A DNA stretch of 64,000 nt, taken from the NCBI RefSeq assembly GCF_009914755.1, contig NC_060933.1. One strand, 5' to 3'. Each line of letters starts with the position of its first letter. Positions within the stretch are counted from its first letter, which is position 1. The translations under genes were made by a program, and so were the position numbers. Below the pieces are notes generated by a model. It searched no databases and was not told the DNA's origin. It saw only the letters and a list, made by a program, of their open reading frames with translations. The DNA comes from the human T2T-CHM13v2.0 reference genome, Homo sapiens. Below are positions 1 through 15,200 of this stretch, one piece after another.

Positions 1-97
1 TTTCAGATTGTGTCCTCTTGCTCTGGCTTTCATGAATTCTTTAAGGTGACACTGTTGCTTATTTCTAAAGTTCCCATCGTTTACAGTTTTTTATTGT

Positions 98-390
98 TTG
101 AGACAGGGTATTTCTCTATCACCCAGGCTGGAGTGCAGTGGCATCATCATAGTTCACTGTAGCCTCTAACTCCTGGCTCAAGCGGTCTTTCTGCATCAGC
201 CTCCTGAGTTGCTAGGACTACAGGTGCATGCCACCACACCCAGCTAATTTTTAATTTTTTTTTTTTTTTTGCAGAGATAGAGGTCTCACTGTGTTGCTCA
301 GGCTGGTCTCAAACTCCTGGCCTCAAGCCATCCTCTAGCCATAGTCTCCCAAAGTGCTGGGATTATAGGTGTGAACCACTGCACCCAGCC
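98..390 (-). mobile_element. Alu (AluJ-like)
   Basis: Dimeric Alu in reverse, CpG-decayed. Confidence 0.9.
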
Positions 391-1541
391 ATCATTTCCG
401 CGTTTACATCTGTGTTCTTCTTATTGGTCATACTTAGGTCCAAAAAAGTTAGTTTACCAAACACAGACTGTACTTTCCAGGTTATTAAATTATCAATAAG
501 GCAAATTCAGAACTTTTCAGAGATTCTGCCTTTAGGTTCCTTTAGTTTTCCAGGTCAGTTAGGTTCCTATCATTCATCCCTTTGTGTTAGTTTTGTAGAT
601 CACTCATTTCCACCTGGCCAGATAGTTTAACTTTCATGTATATTTTTTTCTTTTTATCATTATTCAGATATCTTTCTGCATGTTACTGCTCTTCGATTTT
701 ATATATTTTTATATACTAACATATATGGCCTTAGCTTAGAGTGCCTTTCTTTAAGAATAGTAAAGGCTGTTGTCTCTAAGTCAAACTGCTTATGTTTAAA
801 TCCTGTTTCTTCTTTAATTGTCTAGCTGTGCAATCTTGAGCAAGTTACTTTGACATCTTTGAGCCCCTAATAAAGATAATGATAATATAAAGTTTATGGT
901 ATTGTAATGGTAAGGATTAATATGGAAAGCACTCAATAAATGATAGCTATTGTTGTTACTACCATTATTCGTTTTTACTTTTCTATTTAACTTAGGAAGA
1001 AAACTTTGATTGTTGCCTTTGAAATTGTATATTTTACTTTGTATTTATCTTAGGTTCACTTTTTTACTCATACTTGGAGAATTTACGTGTTGATTTATAG
1101 CAGTTGAGGCTTTAACTGTTTTCTATCCCCTTCTCAGTTTTCTCATGTGAATGACTAATACCAATGATAACATTTTTCCCCCATAATGTTTTCTGTTGTA
1201 AGTAGAACTTTTCTCCCCTAAAATCCAGTGTATACATCTTCATTTTCTTTATCTAGGTTTCCCATCACTTCTGCATTCTGACAGAGAGTGCACATACACA
1301 TAGATATTACTACTACTTTGATAAAAAAAAATGATTTAAAACGCCGTCTTCTCAACCTTACTTCTTCCCTTCTTTTGGGCTTTCAACAATGGCTTAACAG
1401 ACCAAGACCATGCTTATTGTACAGTCAAATAGATTGCATGAACAGTTAGGATTTCCCTTTTTGGTAAAATGAGGTATGATTAAAAAAAAAAAGAAACCTT
1501 TTTCTGGAGGAGTTTCGTCCAGAAGGAAAACTGTAATAAGA

Positions 1542-1843
1542 TTTTTTTTTTTTTTTTTTGAGACAAGGTCTTGCTGTGTTGCCCAGGCTGGAGTACAGTG
1601 GCACAACCACTGCAGCCTCAACCTCCTGGGCTTAAGCAACCCTCCTGCCTCAGCCTCCTGAGTAGCTGGGACCACACAGGCATGCACCGCCATACCCAAC
1701 TAAATTTTTCTGATTTTTTTGTCAAAGTGAGATGGGGTCTCACTTTGTTGCCCAGGGTGGTCTCAAACTCCTGGGCTCAAGTGATCCTCCTGCCTCAGCT
1801 TCTTAAAGTACTAGGATTACAGGCATGAGCCACTATGCCCAGC
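1542..1843 (-). mobile_element. Alu (AluJ-like)
   Basis: Poly-T followed by reverse Alu body. Confidence 0.9.
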
Positions 1844-3230
1844 AGAAAAATGTAGTAGGTTTTAAAAATTCATGAAGGATGCATTTAAATCTCTAATTTT
1901 TAATATTCTGTAGCATAAAAATTTTCTATAAGATGGAATCAAATTAACTTATAAAATGAAGAAATATCTATTAATTCCATAAATGCCACTATAATGTATC
2001 CTATAGTACATTATATGTAGTAATATTAGTTATGGACATACCTGAGTCTTAACAGTGGAAGTGACGATGATCAATGACAATTACAAAGTCATTATCTACT
2101 CTTAGCCATTTCTTATGCATTGAAATTTTGACTTTATATCCTTTCTCCTTTCTGGAGCTAAGAAAATAAGTCTGGCAATGCTGATGCCACTTACCTTTTA
2201 CATTCAGGTGCAGAGAAAACATTTAGCAAATTCTTCAACTAATTTCTACACTATTGCTAGTTCATCACTGTTGCTTTATGGAAGTATGTAGGTAGATGTG
2301 TGGATTGCTTTCCTTCCAAAGACTTCTGCCTTGCCTAAGTAATATTTATATGTTATAAGTACACTATCTTTCATCTTCCCCTGAATTTGTATGCCGTATT
2401 TGATGAATTGTTTTCTTACTTCTATATAGAATCTAGAGTGAACTTCCCACGTTAGCTCCAAGTCAACCTAAATTTGACATACCACTCTTAAATTATCTAA
2501 ATATCTTTGTCCCTCCCACGTGTCACCACTTTCTTATTTTTTTTCTTTTTAACCTCAGTTTCCATTTTGTCACTTGACTTTCTTTTGGGGACCATTATTC
2601 ACAAGAAAGAAGAATCTGCCTGCCAGTGCAGTCTTACTAGAATGGCAGCTGAATTGAGATGTAGATAGCAGGGTGCTAACTAGTCCTACTCACCAATTAA
2701 GTGACTTTTTTTATACCAACCTCTCAGGACTTTCAGTTGCAGATTTATGACTCAGCAAAATTTTCACATTGCTACAGGCCATAGGCCTTTACATTTCCTT
2801 ACATGTAGGCATAGCAGAGCATATTAAATTCATGAATGCCTATAGTCTCTTTATTCTCTTGGCAGTGAATAGTCTACAATTCTTATGTTTCAGTAGTAGA
2901 CACTACCAAATATGTATTATAAGGACAGAAATCCTACAAGACAGATGAAGGAAACTCATGGTTATGACAAATAATAAATGCTTTTTTGGTTGTCAGTTGT
3001 CTTACTAATAAGTTATATCCAATTCTAAGTATTTATTGTACAATTACACATGTAGAATTTAACTTTGGGAAGACTCTAGTTAGTGGAAATGGATCATCCT
3101 TTCTAAGTCAAATTTTTCCATCTTGGTGTTATTTTACTGGGTTTATTATTTGTTAGCTCTCATGTTGCTTTGCATCTTAACTTTAATATGTAATTCTTTT
3201 GTTGTTGTGGTTTTGAAAAAAATTAGCAAG

Positions 3231-3523
3231 AGTCATCTCTCAGTATTTGTGGGGGACTGGTTCTAGCACCTTCGTTGAATTACCAAAATCCACAGATGCT
3301 CAAGTCCCTAAAAAATGGTTATTTGCATGTAACCTATGCACATCCTCCCATATACTTTAAGTCATCTCTAGATTACTTATAATACCTAATACAATGTAAC
3401 CACTATGTCAATAGTTGTTATACTGTAGTTTTAAACTTTTTTATTGTTGTATTGTTATTTTTATTTTTTCCGAATATTTTTTGATCCAAGGCTGATTGAA
3501 TCCGTGGATACAGAGGGCCAACT
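3231..3523. mobile_element. MER2-like Tigger/mariner MITE
   Basis: cagatgctcaagtccct...catcctcccatatactttaa...gaatccgtggatacagagggccaact resembles recalled MER2 consensus. Confidence 0.75.
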
Positions 3524-3899
3524 TTGCTTTGTTTTTTAGAACAGGGTTATATTTGTGGAGAATTGAGCATGATAATACAGAAAGTTACCATAAACCCACT
3601 ACCTCCTCCATATACAATTTCCCCTGTTATTACTATTCTGCATTAGTGGGGTACATTTGATATAACTGATGAATCAACAGTGATACATTATTAGCTAAAG
3701 TTCATATTTTATATTAGCATTTACTCTTTGTGTTAAACAGTTCTGTGGGTTCTGATAAATGTATAGTGTCTTATATCTACCATTATATTACCATATAGAA
3801 TAATTTCACTGCCCTAAAGTTCCTTTCTGTTCCGCTTATTCATCTCTTATATCCTGCAACCCTTCTGTGATCACTTGTTAGTTCCAGGAATTTTATTCT

Positions 3900-4215
<316 letters not shown>

Positions 4216-5018
4216 TGTTTTTTGAATTTTCTACATAGGCAGTAATGTCATCCACAAAGAGTTTTATTTTTTACTTTATAATTGGTATTTTTCTTGTTTC
4301 ATTGATATCATTATATAATTTTTCTGCAATTGATGTGATAGAATACATTAATTGATTTCAAATGTTTAACTAGCCTTGCATACCAGGAATAAATCTTTTG
4401 AATTCTTTTCTTTAGCAGTAAAATGTTTAAATCTGGTAGCTGCTGGACTGCATAGTTTCACCCAGTTCAGACAAGTCCGTATCACTGGAGGAACATGTTC
4501 TACATTTGTTATGTCAGTGGATCATGTGTTAATGTTAAAAAGCTATGAAATATGTCTTTCATGGAAAAGAAATTAATGTTCATACATTTTAAATGTGGCT
4601 CATTTACTTCAGTTTATTTTAATGAACTGTAGAACTCTTGGGAGAAACATTTAAAAATCCTTAAGTATTTTGCAGGGTTGGGAAACAAGATTTTAAAATA
4701 CATTCAAGAGGGAAAATACACTCTTGAATTATTTCAGTCATTATATTCAAAGCAATTTATTCTATTTGTTAATATTGATTTAATTTATATTCTACAGCTA
4801 TTTGAAATATCAATTAAAAATATAATGTGTTCAGAAGTAGCAAGTTATTCTCGATTCCTTATCCTTAGTGTGTGTACTTTGAAAATAGTTATTTTACATT
4901 TATGGGCTTTCCTTTTGCTTAATCTGATCTACTTTTGAACAGTTTAAAAGCATAATGAAAAAGCAGTTTGAATGATATAAATGTGATATCAATATTTGAT
5001 TAGTGTTGTAATAAATGA

Positions 5019-5282
<264 letters not shown>

Positions 5283-5430
5283 TAGGACTCTCATTCTCAG
5301 AAGATAAATGTATTGTTGAAAAATATTTTGAGTTACTTTAAAGAATAAAGTTTTAAAGTTTCTTTAGTCACACTGAGTTTTTAGATACTCAGTATGGAAG
5401 TGATTTTCTCTTGAAACATCAAGGAAACCC

Positions 5431-5645
5431 TTTTTTTTTTTTTAAGACAGGATCTTGTTCTATTATCTCCCAGGCTGGAGTGCAGTGGCGGGACCTTGGC
5501 CCACTGCAACCTCCGCCTCCTGGGTTCAAGTAATTCTCCCACCTCAGCTTCCTGACAAGCTGGGACTATAGGCACACGCCACCACACTTAGCTAATTTTT
5601 GTATTTGTTGGTAGAGACAGGGTTTCACTATGTTGACCAGGCTGG
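5431..5645 (-). mobile_element. 5'-truncated Alu
   Basis: Right arm plus part of left arm; flanked by ggaaacc(c)ttt repeats. Confidence 0.85.
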
Positions 5646-6545
5646 AAACCTTTGTCTTTATTACTTTTGGACATTTGTAACATAGTGAAACAGAATATAT
5701 GTAAAATATATATGAAGGGATATTCTGAAAATAGTATTTCAGAATAACATTTAATTTTTACCTTGGTTTTCTGACTCTTAAAAAGCTGTTGGTTTTTTAG
5801 ATGTTCTCATTACCCATTTCACTGATAATGTAAATACTGTAGCTTTTACTGTTTTAAGATTACCTTCATGTTAATAATTAACAAAGACCTGTGACTTGGT
5901 ATAACAATAGAAATTTGTGTTGACCTTTTGAAAGCCTTTATAAGAATGTCTCAGTATATAGTGGACTTTGGATATTTGAAATGGCAAAATATTGCCTGAG
6001 TTGTCCAATGCTTATTACGCATGAGGAGTAATATTAGGAGCACCATTATTGAGCAGTTACCATTTATCAGGAGATGGGCTCAAGTGTATTACATATAGTA
6101 CATCTCATTTAATCAGCATAATACATCTCATTTATCTTTACAACAATTATGAAGTTGGCTTTATTATTTCTGTTCTACAGCTAGAAAACAGGCTCGGTCA
6201 AGTTGTTGACGGTCCCATAGCTAGTAATTTCAAAACTGAGATTTAGTAATCCAGACTGTACTTCAAAATGTTTGTTAGTAATCTCTGCTTTACTTCCTCT
6301 TTAAATTCATTTTCACATAAAAAACGTTTCATAAATATAAAAATTATTTAGGGTGTTCACTTTAAATTGAATATGTTATTGTAAATTGTACCATCTCTCT
6401 CTGAGTGAAATACTACTTTTAATGAGGCCTGAAAGGGTACTTTTTAATCACTGGGTTAAAATAACAGTTGATAAACTATATGTGTTTCTTTTGAATAAAA
6501 TAATAATTAAATCATGATTCCTCTTATTTTGAGCATATCACTCTT

Positions 6546-7131
<586 letters not shown>

Positions 7132-7225
7132 CACATACCACTCTTTTAACAAATTCATACTCTTCCTGAATACAGAGACACGGTTCTTAATGCCTGAAGG
7201 CTCATACTCTTACTTTTGGGAATAG

Positions 7226-7483
<258 letters not shown>

Positions 7484-10400
7484 TAGCCTAGCTTTCTCAA
7501 CAGTAAGAATTTTAAGGGAAAATAGGACTACAGTAGTGGTTTTCATTGGGTTTTCTTATATGATTTTATTTATACAGATAAAATAGACTGAGATGATGGT
7601 ATTGTATTCTCTGGGAGATGCTTAATTTATAAATTTCAATCTTGTTATAAATAGGTAAGTATCACTGAGATTTGCCCAGAGTTTTCCCATAGAATGGATT
7701 ATGAATCAATATTGGGGAAGTATCTGTTTAGTTCAGGTCCTCTCTGTTTTCCTGTATCTTATTGCAACAGTTAACGTTTATATAGTTTATTAATGGTTAC
7801 AAAACACTTTCAATTCTTTATTAGATAATTAAAGTCATCTTGAGAGATCAATATGCTAGATATTATTGATACCCATATTGCAGATGAAAAAATAGAGTTT
7901 TCATATATTAAATGACTTTCCCATGATCCCTAGACCTAGTTTGGAAAGGTGTGAATAAGAATCCACTTCTGAGTTTTGTGCCAGCCCTTACTATGAGCCT
8001 GGAACCTAGGTTCTTCTAGTCTCTGAAAGCAATTGGGGTTTAATGAAAACTCCCTAGAGTAGCAGACTTGAATACAGAGGATTTTTTAGATATTTACCAA
8101 TTTGAAGGTTATAATGCTGGAGACTTTCCTAGTTGTGAGATGGTTATTGACTGGGTTTAATTCCAGAACCAGACTCTACACATTCTTGTAGGCACTTGGG
8201 ACTTAAGGCATTCCACTGACCTCTAGTTCATATAGCATTTGAATAGGTTTACCTGCCAGAAATTTGATTGGATTTGGAGGATGACAAAAAAAATCATATA
8301 ATAAAACAAAATATAAGGCCTATAAGTTATTGATGAGACAAACTCAGAAAAATGTTTGCATCACAAAGGTCTGAAATAAAGTCTATCTTGAAGTAATTTG
8401 TTTGGATTAGCAGATGTTTCTATTTGAGAACTATAGGTAACTTAGCCAAGGAATGCAGTTAACTCTGTATTACATGTTATCAAACTGAGATGTTATTGTG
8501 GTTTCTGTAGAGGTTTTTACCATTTTAAAATAATAGTCATATGTAGGCAGATAATCTTTTCTATATAACTTGAACTGTTTTTAGCCCATCAAGTAAAATT
8601 CATTACTATTATTCTTCCTCAAGAGCATCATATTTTTAAAATTTCTTTTGTTTCTTTTCATTTACTGTTCATATTTAATGACCAAAGTTGGACCTAAATG
8701 TGGTGAATTATAATTTCTATGCAAATTTCATAGATACAGGAAAATGAATCACTGGCTTGTGGTTTTCTTCCAGCTGGGCTGGCTGCTCCTATTAGCAGTG
8801 ATTGGATGTTACTGGTCAAACTCTTAATCATGGGGTTTGTAGAGAGAAACTAAGTTGATTCTAGGCCTTTTCAGCACTTCTTCACTGTTGAGTAAACCCT
8901 CTGCGGTAGGAATAGACTGAAACTCAACTCTGAGACCCACAAAACAGTGATTCTGACCTTCAGGGAGTTCCAGAATAAAGTTAGACTCCTACATGGCCAT
9001 GAGTCACAGATTTTCTAGGGTTATTCCATAGCATTAGTGGGGCTACTAATGAGAGTAAGAGCTGCAGAGGAAAAGTCCACATTTTTACCAATGACACACT
9101 GAACAGTTGTTTACCAATTTATTTGGCTTGTTGCAGCCTTTTTCAACCAACCAGTAGAAATTAGGGTATGGACAAAAAACTGGAGAGAAAGGAAGAAAGG
9201 TGGAGATTGAGTAGTTGAGCCTACCAAAATTTCATATACTTCCACTTAAGGTTCTTGATATGGAAAATAGTGAACATTGTTTACTTCTGCCCTCCAACAT
9301 ATGAAGCACTATTTCTTCTGGCATTGAAATTCTCAGAAGTCATGAGTAATATAAGTTCTTATCACCAGAATATTTAGAGTATATTATTAGTTATTTTCTT
9401 GTGAAGGTAAATGATATTAAATTACTAAATCACAAATTATTCTCCAACTTTAATTGATAGCAGCTATGATATAATTTTATAGTACCAAGAAAGCAGCCAC
9501 TCGCACAAGTTAAACATATGAAACATATCTGTACTCTGATTTTTGGTACTTTGTTTTCACAGACTATTAAAGATACGGGAACCAGTATCTAGTTATATTA
9601 TAGGACTTATACAAGAGATAGGACCTCACTTTTGAGGCTAGTCTTTTTTTTTTTTTTTAACTATAGAGTATTATCTCTGTTACATTAGAGGAGCTCTATA
9701 ACTTAACTGAGGTCCATAAGGGGTAGTGTCCACAAAGAAAGAGAGATACGAAAATGACACTCCTTAGGCTTGAAATCCATGCCTTTTTGTTTGGATGCTG
9801 CAGTATTTAATAAGTATGGTCTTAAGTGGTTTTCAATGGTACTATCTATTTTTTTTTTTTGCCACCTTTGACACCAGTATTGCTGGTGGCCCTTCTCTCC
9901 AGCATAACAAACATTAGGGGACAGCCTTAGGATTTCTTCCTTTTTTAAAAAAACAGCCTTAGGATTTTAGCAAGCAGTTGAGAATTGGTGGCACCTTAGA
10001 GTTAAATCCAATATTCTTTCTCAAAAATGTAGAAGCTCTCACATGCATTACCTAGTAGCTCACATATAGATGTTAACTTTATTAAGGCAGTTCATTCTTG
10101 GAAATGCAGGGTATAAGTTTTACTTAATCCTAACCTTTTGGTAACCTGTCTATTAAGGAATTCTATTTCTGTTTTTACTAAAAAGCTGCATGATTGCTGC
10201 ATTATCTCTTTTTTCTGTAAGTTCATTTCTGTTTAAATGCAGATGTTGAAAGCTGTGAACTTCCTTGTACTGTATGACATTTACTGGAAGCTCTGTGGTC
10301 AGTAGATTTGTATTCAGAATGTTGTTTCATAAATAAAAAACAATGAACAATAGCTCCAATGCATAGTTGAAATTAAAGTGCTCTTTACAGAACAGTAGGG

Positions 10401-11459
10401 GATAAAAGGATTATTGATTCATTAGGTAAACAGTTATGTATCATCAAACAAAATAAACCTATAGAGAGTCATAGTTCACAGACACACTGAAGCCTTAGCT
10501 AAATTAAGTAATATCCATAAGTGAAATAGGGTTCTGTAAAGGGATACTGTATTTCTTAATATATACTAGAAGTTTGAACCTTTGGAGGGAAATAGAACTA
10601 ACAGGCAGATTAGTTAGTAACTGTGTAATAGCTGATACCTTGCAAGATAGAGATTCCGAGAGTTATATTTTAAGATAAAAGGAATGGTGTGATTAGCCAT
10701 GAATCAGTACATTCTAATGATTTACCCTCAGTTTCCAAGGAAAGAAGCTTATACCTTGCTTCACTGATTTCCTAAATTCCTAAAGCAGTTCTGAGTAAGT
10801 CTTGTGAAAAGTATAGTTAATTCCTCAAAATATTAAATAATCTGGAAGTCATAGTTTTATGGTTTTTTTTTAAATTTATGTGGTCCCTTTTCCCTCTGTA
10901 CTCTTCGTCATGTAAATTATCTATCAGCTGGGCCAGTTTCCTTGTTCTGCCATCACGGCCTCAGTTTCTCTATGTTTGCCTTACTTTGAAACTGACAGTG
11001 TAGGTATGAAATTATTAAATATTAGAGTATCAGAGAAAATGTGTATGCCAGGTTCTATAATTTTTTACACTATGTAATTTTATCCTTCTCCTTAATTCTT
11101 CCAGTTCCCCTTCCTATTTAGTCATAACAGTCAACTGATATCCTAATAACAGGAAATTTAGGTTACTGTGTACTCATTGAGATTTTAGTAGAATGAACAG
11201 GAGAAATGTCAGTGACCATGCAAGTACATTGTATTTGGTTGGTGTATAGGATATATAGAGAAGAATAATGGGAAATCAGATAAGAATTATAAATTATAGC
11301 CTGATTGTTGAGAACTTTAAGTGCTAGGATTATGAATTTGAACTTTATTTTCTGTATTCAGTATTGAATTGATTGAGTAGGAAAATAATGTGGTGATAGC
11401 TGTGTTTCAGAAAGTGGAGATATGCTATATTTTAAAAATATATTTAAATATTATCTTGA

Positions 11460-11594
<135 letters not shown>

Positions 11595-12255
11595 TAAGCT
11601 AGACCATTAAATCTGCCATATGGACAAATGCTTGTACACTGGTTCTTATTTAACAATAACTTTTATTGAAATTCTTAGTCAATATACCTATGAGAGTTAC
11701 AGTATATTAGTAGCACCAAAGTGAAGAATATAATACTATTTGTCAGTAGTTTAATAGGTCATTAACATTTTTTATTACTTTTTTTTAGTTTCATCCCTAA
11801 TCCTCTTACACATTTTCATTTCAGTATTCCATTTCTTTAAAGTTATATATACAGCAACTTGAATTGCTTAGAAGAAGTTTCTAGTATAATTCCTGAATTT
11901 TAGACTTATAGATCACCTATCTTACCTGCAGGTCTGGTCTGCACTAAATGACAGCGTTTAATAGGTACAACCCTAGGGTCTTGCCTCTGATCAGCAACAC
12001 AATGAACCTAAGAGGCAGGTTCAAGGACCTTTTGTTACTGTCATAACTAACTTATTTAAATAAAGTCAAAACATGGGATCCTCTTTCTTTTTTAATAGAA
12101 GAAATTTTTGCTCAAACTGAAGATAAATGCCATTGTGAGTTACAGTAATGAACCCCCAAAAATTCCTCAGCAGGCCTTTAATCTGATTTCATTATAAGCT
12201 GTTAAATTTAAGTTGTAAAACAGTTTCTTAACAGTTGCCTGTTTTTATCTGACAG

Positions 12256-12288
12256 TGTCCATGTTACTTCACTGAAGAAACATACAAG
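12256..12288 (+). CDS. FSD1L: Candidate 33-nt frame-preserving FSD1L microexon (S)VHVTSLKKHT(R)
   Basis: ttgcctgtttttatctgacag acceptor, AAG|gtgatg donor; phase 2-2, no stop, fits between the flanking exons. Confidence 0.7.
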
Positions 12289-15200
12289 GTGATGATCTAT
12301 GTCTGTCTAGTTCTAGGACTTAGTAAAATCTAGCTTGGCTGATTAAAAAAACTTTAATTTTATCTTTTAACCAATAAGCAGAAGCCATTGCGGCAGCCTT
12401 CATAAGCTAAAATACTGCTCTGTGTAGACTGTATTGGTAGCTTATGTTTTGAATTTACATTGTAGTGTGCTGCATATTATTTGGATTATATTGTATATGG
12501 TAACAAAATAAGCTCTGCTTTAAAGTCTTTCTTGAATTTTTTTCCCTTATCTGATTTATTTTTCTGCTTTTACTCATACCTGGCATCTTTCTTGTTGTAC
12601 TGAATAATATTCGTTAGTCTAACATTATAGCTTCGCTTTTATTTGTATTTGACACACAGCAGGTTTGAAGAGTTCTCTGTTTTATAATAATTAGGCAGTT
12701 TCAGGAGCAACAAGGATAAAAAATAAAGGCCATTGCTAAAATTATCAAGACAGTTCCAGAAAGATGAATGGTTTCAATTTGCATGAGTAATAATGTGCTT
12801 ATTTGAAGATACTACATATCTTTACTGGAAACCAGAATGTGTTCTCTTTTCAAAATTATCTTCCTCTTATTTTCAGTTTATGTACTTGTTATTGGTAAAA
12901 GTGATTTTATAGTGTATTATAAATTGGAAAATGCTGAATTTAATAGTCTATGAGTAGACTACATATTTATGATTTAAGGTTATATTATTTCTCCCTTCCT
13001 ACTTTTTAAGAGTATTTTACGTATAGGCTACTTGTCGAATGTTATATGCATTTATATATTCTTTCCATAAATATTTGTTCGCTGTAGGATGTCTGCTGGA
13101 TGTTATAGGATTTATAGGGATAAACACTGTCTCTGCTTTCAAGAAATTTGCCCTAACTTATGTAGATGAGATGTATGTACAAGTAGCAATAATGCAAGGT
13201 AGACATATGTAGAATTGTAAGTGTGAATAAAGGTATTCAGAGGAAGAAAGATGCCCAGAGCTGCCAGATGTTGAGGTGGTTAGGTAGGATAGCCAAACTA
13301 AAGGTAATAATCAAGCCTTTATTGATTTGCTGTGATAGTATAAGCAAGAGGCCACAAAGGAAAGAGTATCCACTACCCCAGTGTTCAATTTTTCCCAACA
13401 GAATGGCACTGGGTGAAGGTCATGTAAATCAACACAGATCACAAGTAGTGGATCTTCTCACTGCCAGCAAGCCCCAAACAAAAAGGTTCCTGCCAGTTTA
13501 TGGGCCTGAGAGTCAAGAAGGTGGGGAGTGAGGGGCTAAAATGGGAAAGATACTAAAACAGAGTGGAGAAAAGTGTTTTCAGACCATCACTCCTCCCCTG
13601 ACCTCTGCCCTAAAGCAGTTTTACGCAGAGACACCTGAAAAGCAACTCAGCCTAGGGCCTCCCTCCAGTAAGGGGACCTCTGAATAGAGGTGCCTAGGGT
13701 AGGATTGCAGATACGGTATATGATCATGATGGGGAGAAGAGTGGAATTGCAACTCTCTCTCGAAACTACAGTGCACTAGCTGTGCACCAAGTCTGGTGCG
13801 AGAAGGGCAGCTCACCCTACCCTGTGCCCCCACCCTGCCTCATCAACGCCCGCCTACGCTTGGGCCTGAAAGATCACATACAGGGCACATGCGCGTCACT
13901 AGATGGCACGGCTGTCTTCTTTCCAGGAGAATTTCCCAAGGACTGCTGGCTGGAAGTTTGTGGCTAATGTGGAGCTGACCGTAGTTTGCCAAATTAAGAA
14001 AACGCGCCAGGCATTCTTAGGAAGAAAGATGTGCCAGATTTGATCTTTAAGATGGCTAAATAGGAACAGCTCCAGTCTGCAGCTCCCAGCAAGATAGACG
14101 CAGAAGGCAGGTGATTTCTGCATTTCCAACTGGGGTACCCGGTTCATCTCATTGGGACTGGTTGGACAGTGGGTGCAGCCCATGGAGGGCGAGCTGAAGC
14201 AGGGTAGAGTGTTGTCTCACCCAGGAAGTGCAAGGGGTCAGGGAATTTTCTCCCCTACCCAAGGGAAGCCATGAGGGACAGAGCCTGAGGAACGGTGCAC
14301 TCCGGTTCAGATACTGCACTTTTCCCACAGTCTTTACAACCTGCAGATGAGGAGATCCCTTCTGGTGCCTACCCCACCAGGGCCCTGGGTTTCAGGCACA
14401 AAACTGGGTGGCCGTTTAGGCAGACACCAAACTAGCTGCAGAAGGTTTTTTTTTTTTTTTCCATACTCCAGTGGCGCCTGGAACACCAGTGAGACAGAAC
14501 CATTCACACCTTTGGAAAGGGATGCTGAAACCAGGGAGCCAAGTGGTCTGGCTGGGCGGGTCCCACCCCCATGGAACCCAGCAAACTAAAATCCACTGGC
14601 TTGAAATTCTTGCTGCCAGCACAGCAGCAGTCTGAGACTGACCTGGGACGCTATAGCTTGGTCGGGGGAGGGGCGTCTGCCATTGCTGAGGCTTGAGTAG
14701 GTGGTTTTCCCCTCATAGTGTAAACAAAGCTGCTGGGAAGTTCGAACTAGGTAGAGCCCACTGCAGCTCAGCAAGGCCACTGTGGCCAGACTGCCAGATT
14801 TCTCCTCTCTGAGCAGGCCATCTCTGAAAAAAAGGCACCAGCGTCAGTCAGGGACTTATAGATAAAACCCCTATCTCCCTGGGACAGAGCCCCTGGGGGA
14901 AGGGGCAACTGTGGGTGCAGCTTTAGCGACTTAAACGTTCCTGCCTGACAGCTCTGAAGAAAGCAGCGGACCTCCAAGCACAGAGTTCAAGCTCTGCTAA
15001 GGGTCAGACTGCCTCCTCAAGTGGGTCCTTGACCCCCGTGAATCCTGACTAGGAGACACCTCCCAGTAGGTGCCGATAGATACCTCATACAGGAAAGCTC
15101 TGGCTAGCATCTGGCAGTTGCCCCTCTGGGACGAAGCTTCCAGAGGAAAGAACAGGCAGCAGTCTTTGCTGTTGTGCAGCCTCCGCTGGTGATACCCAGG

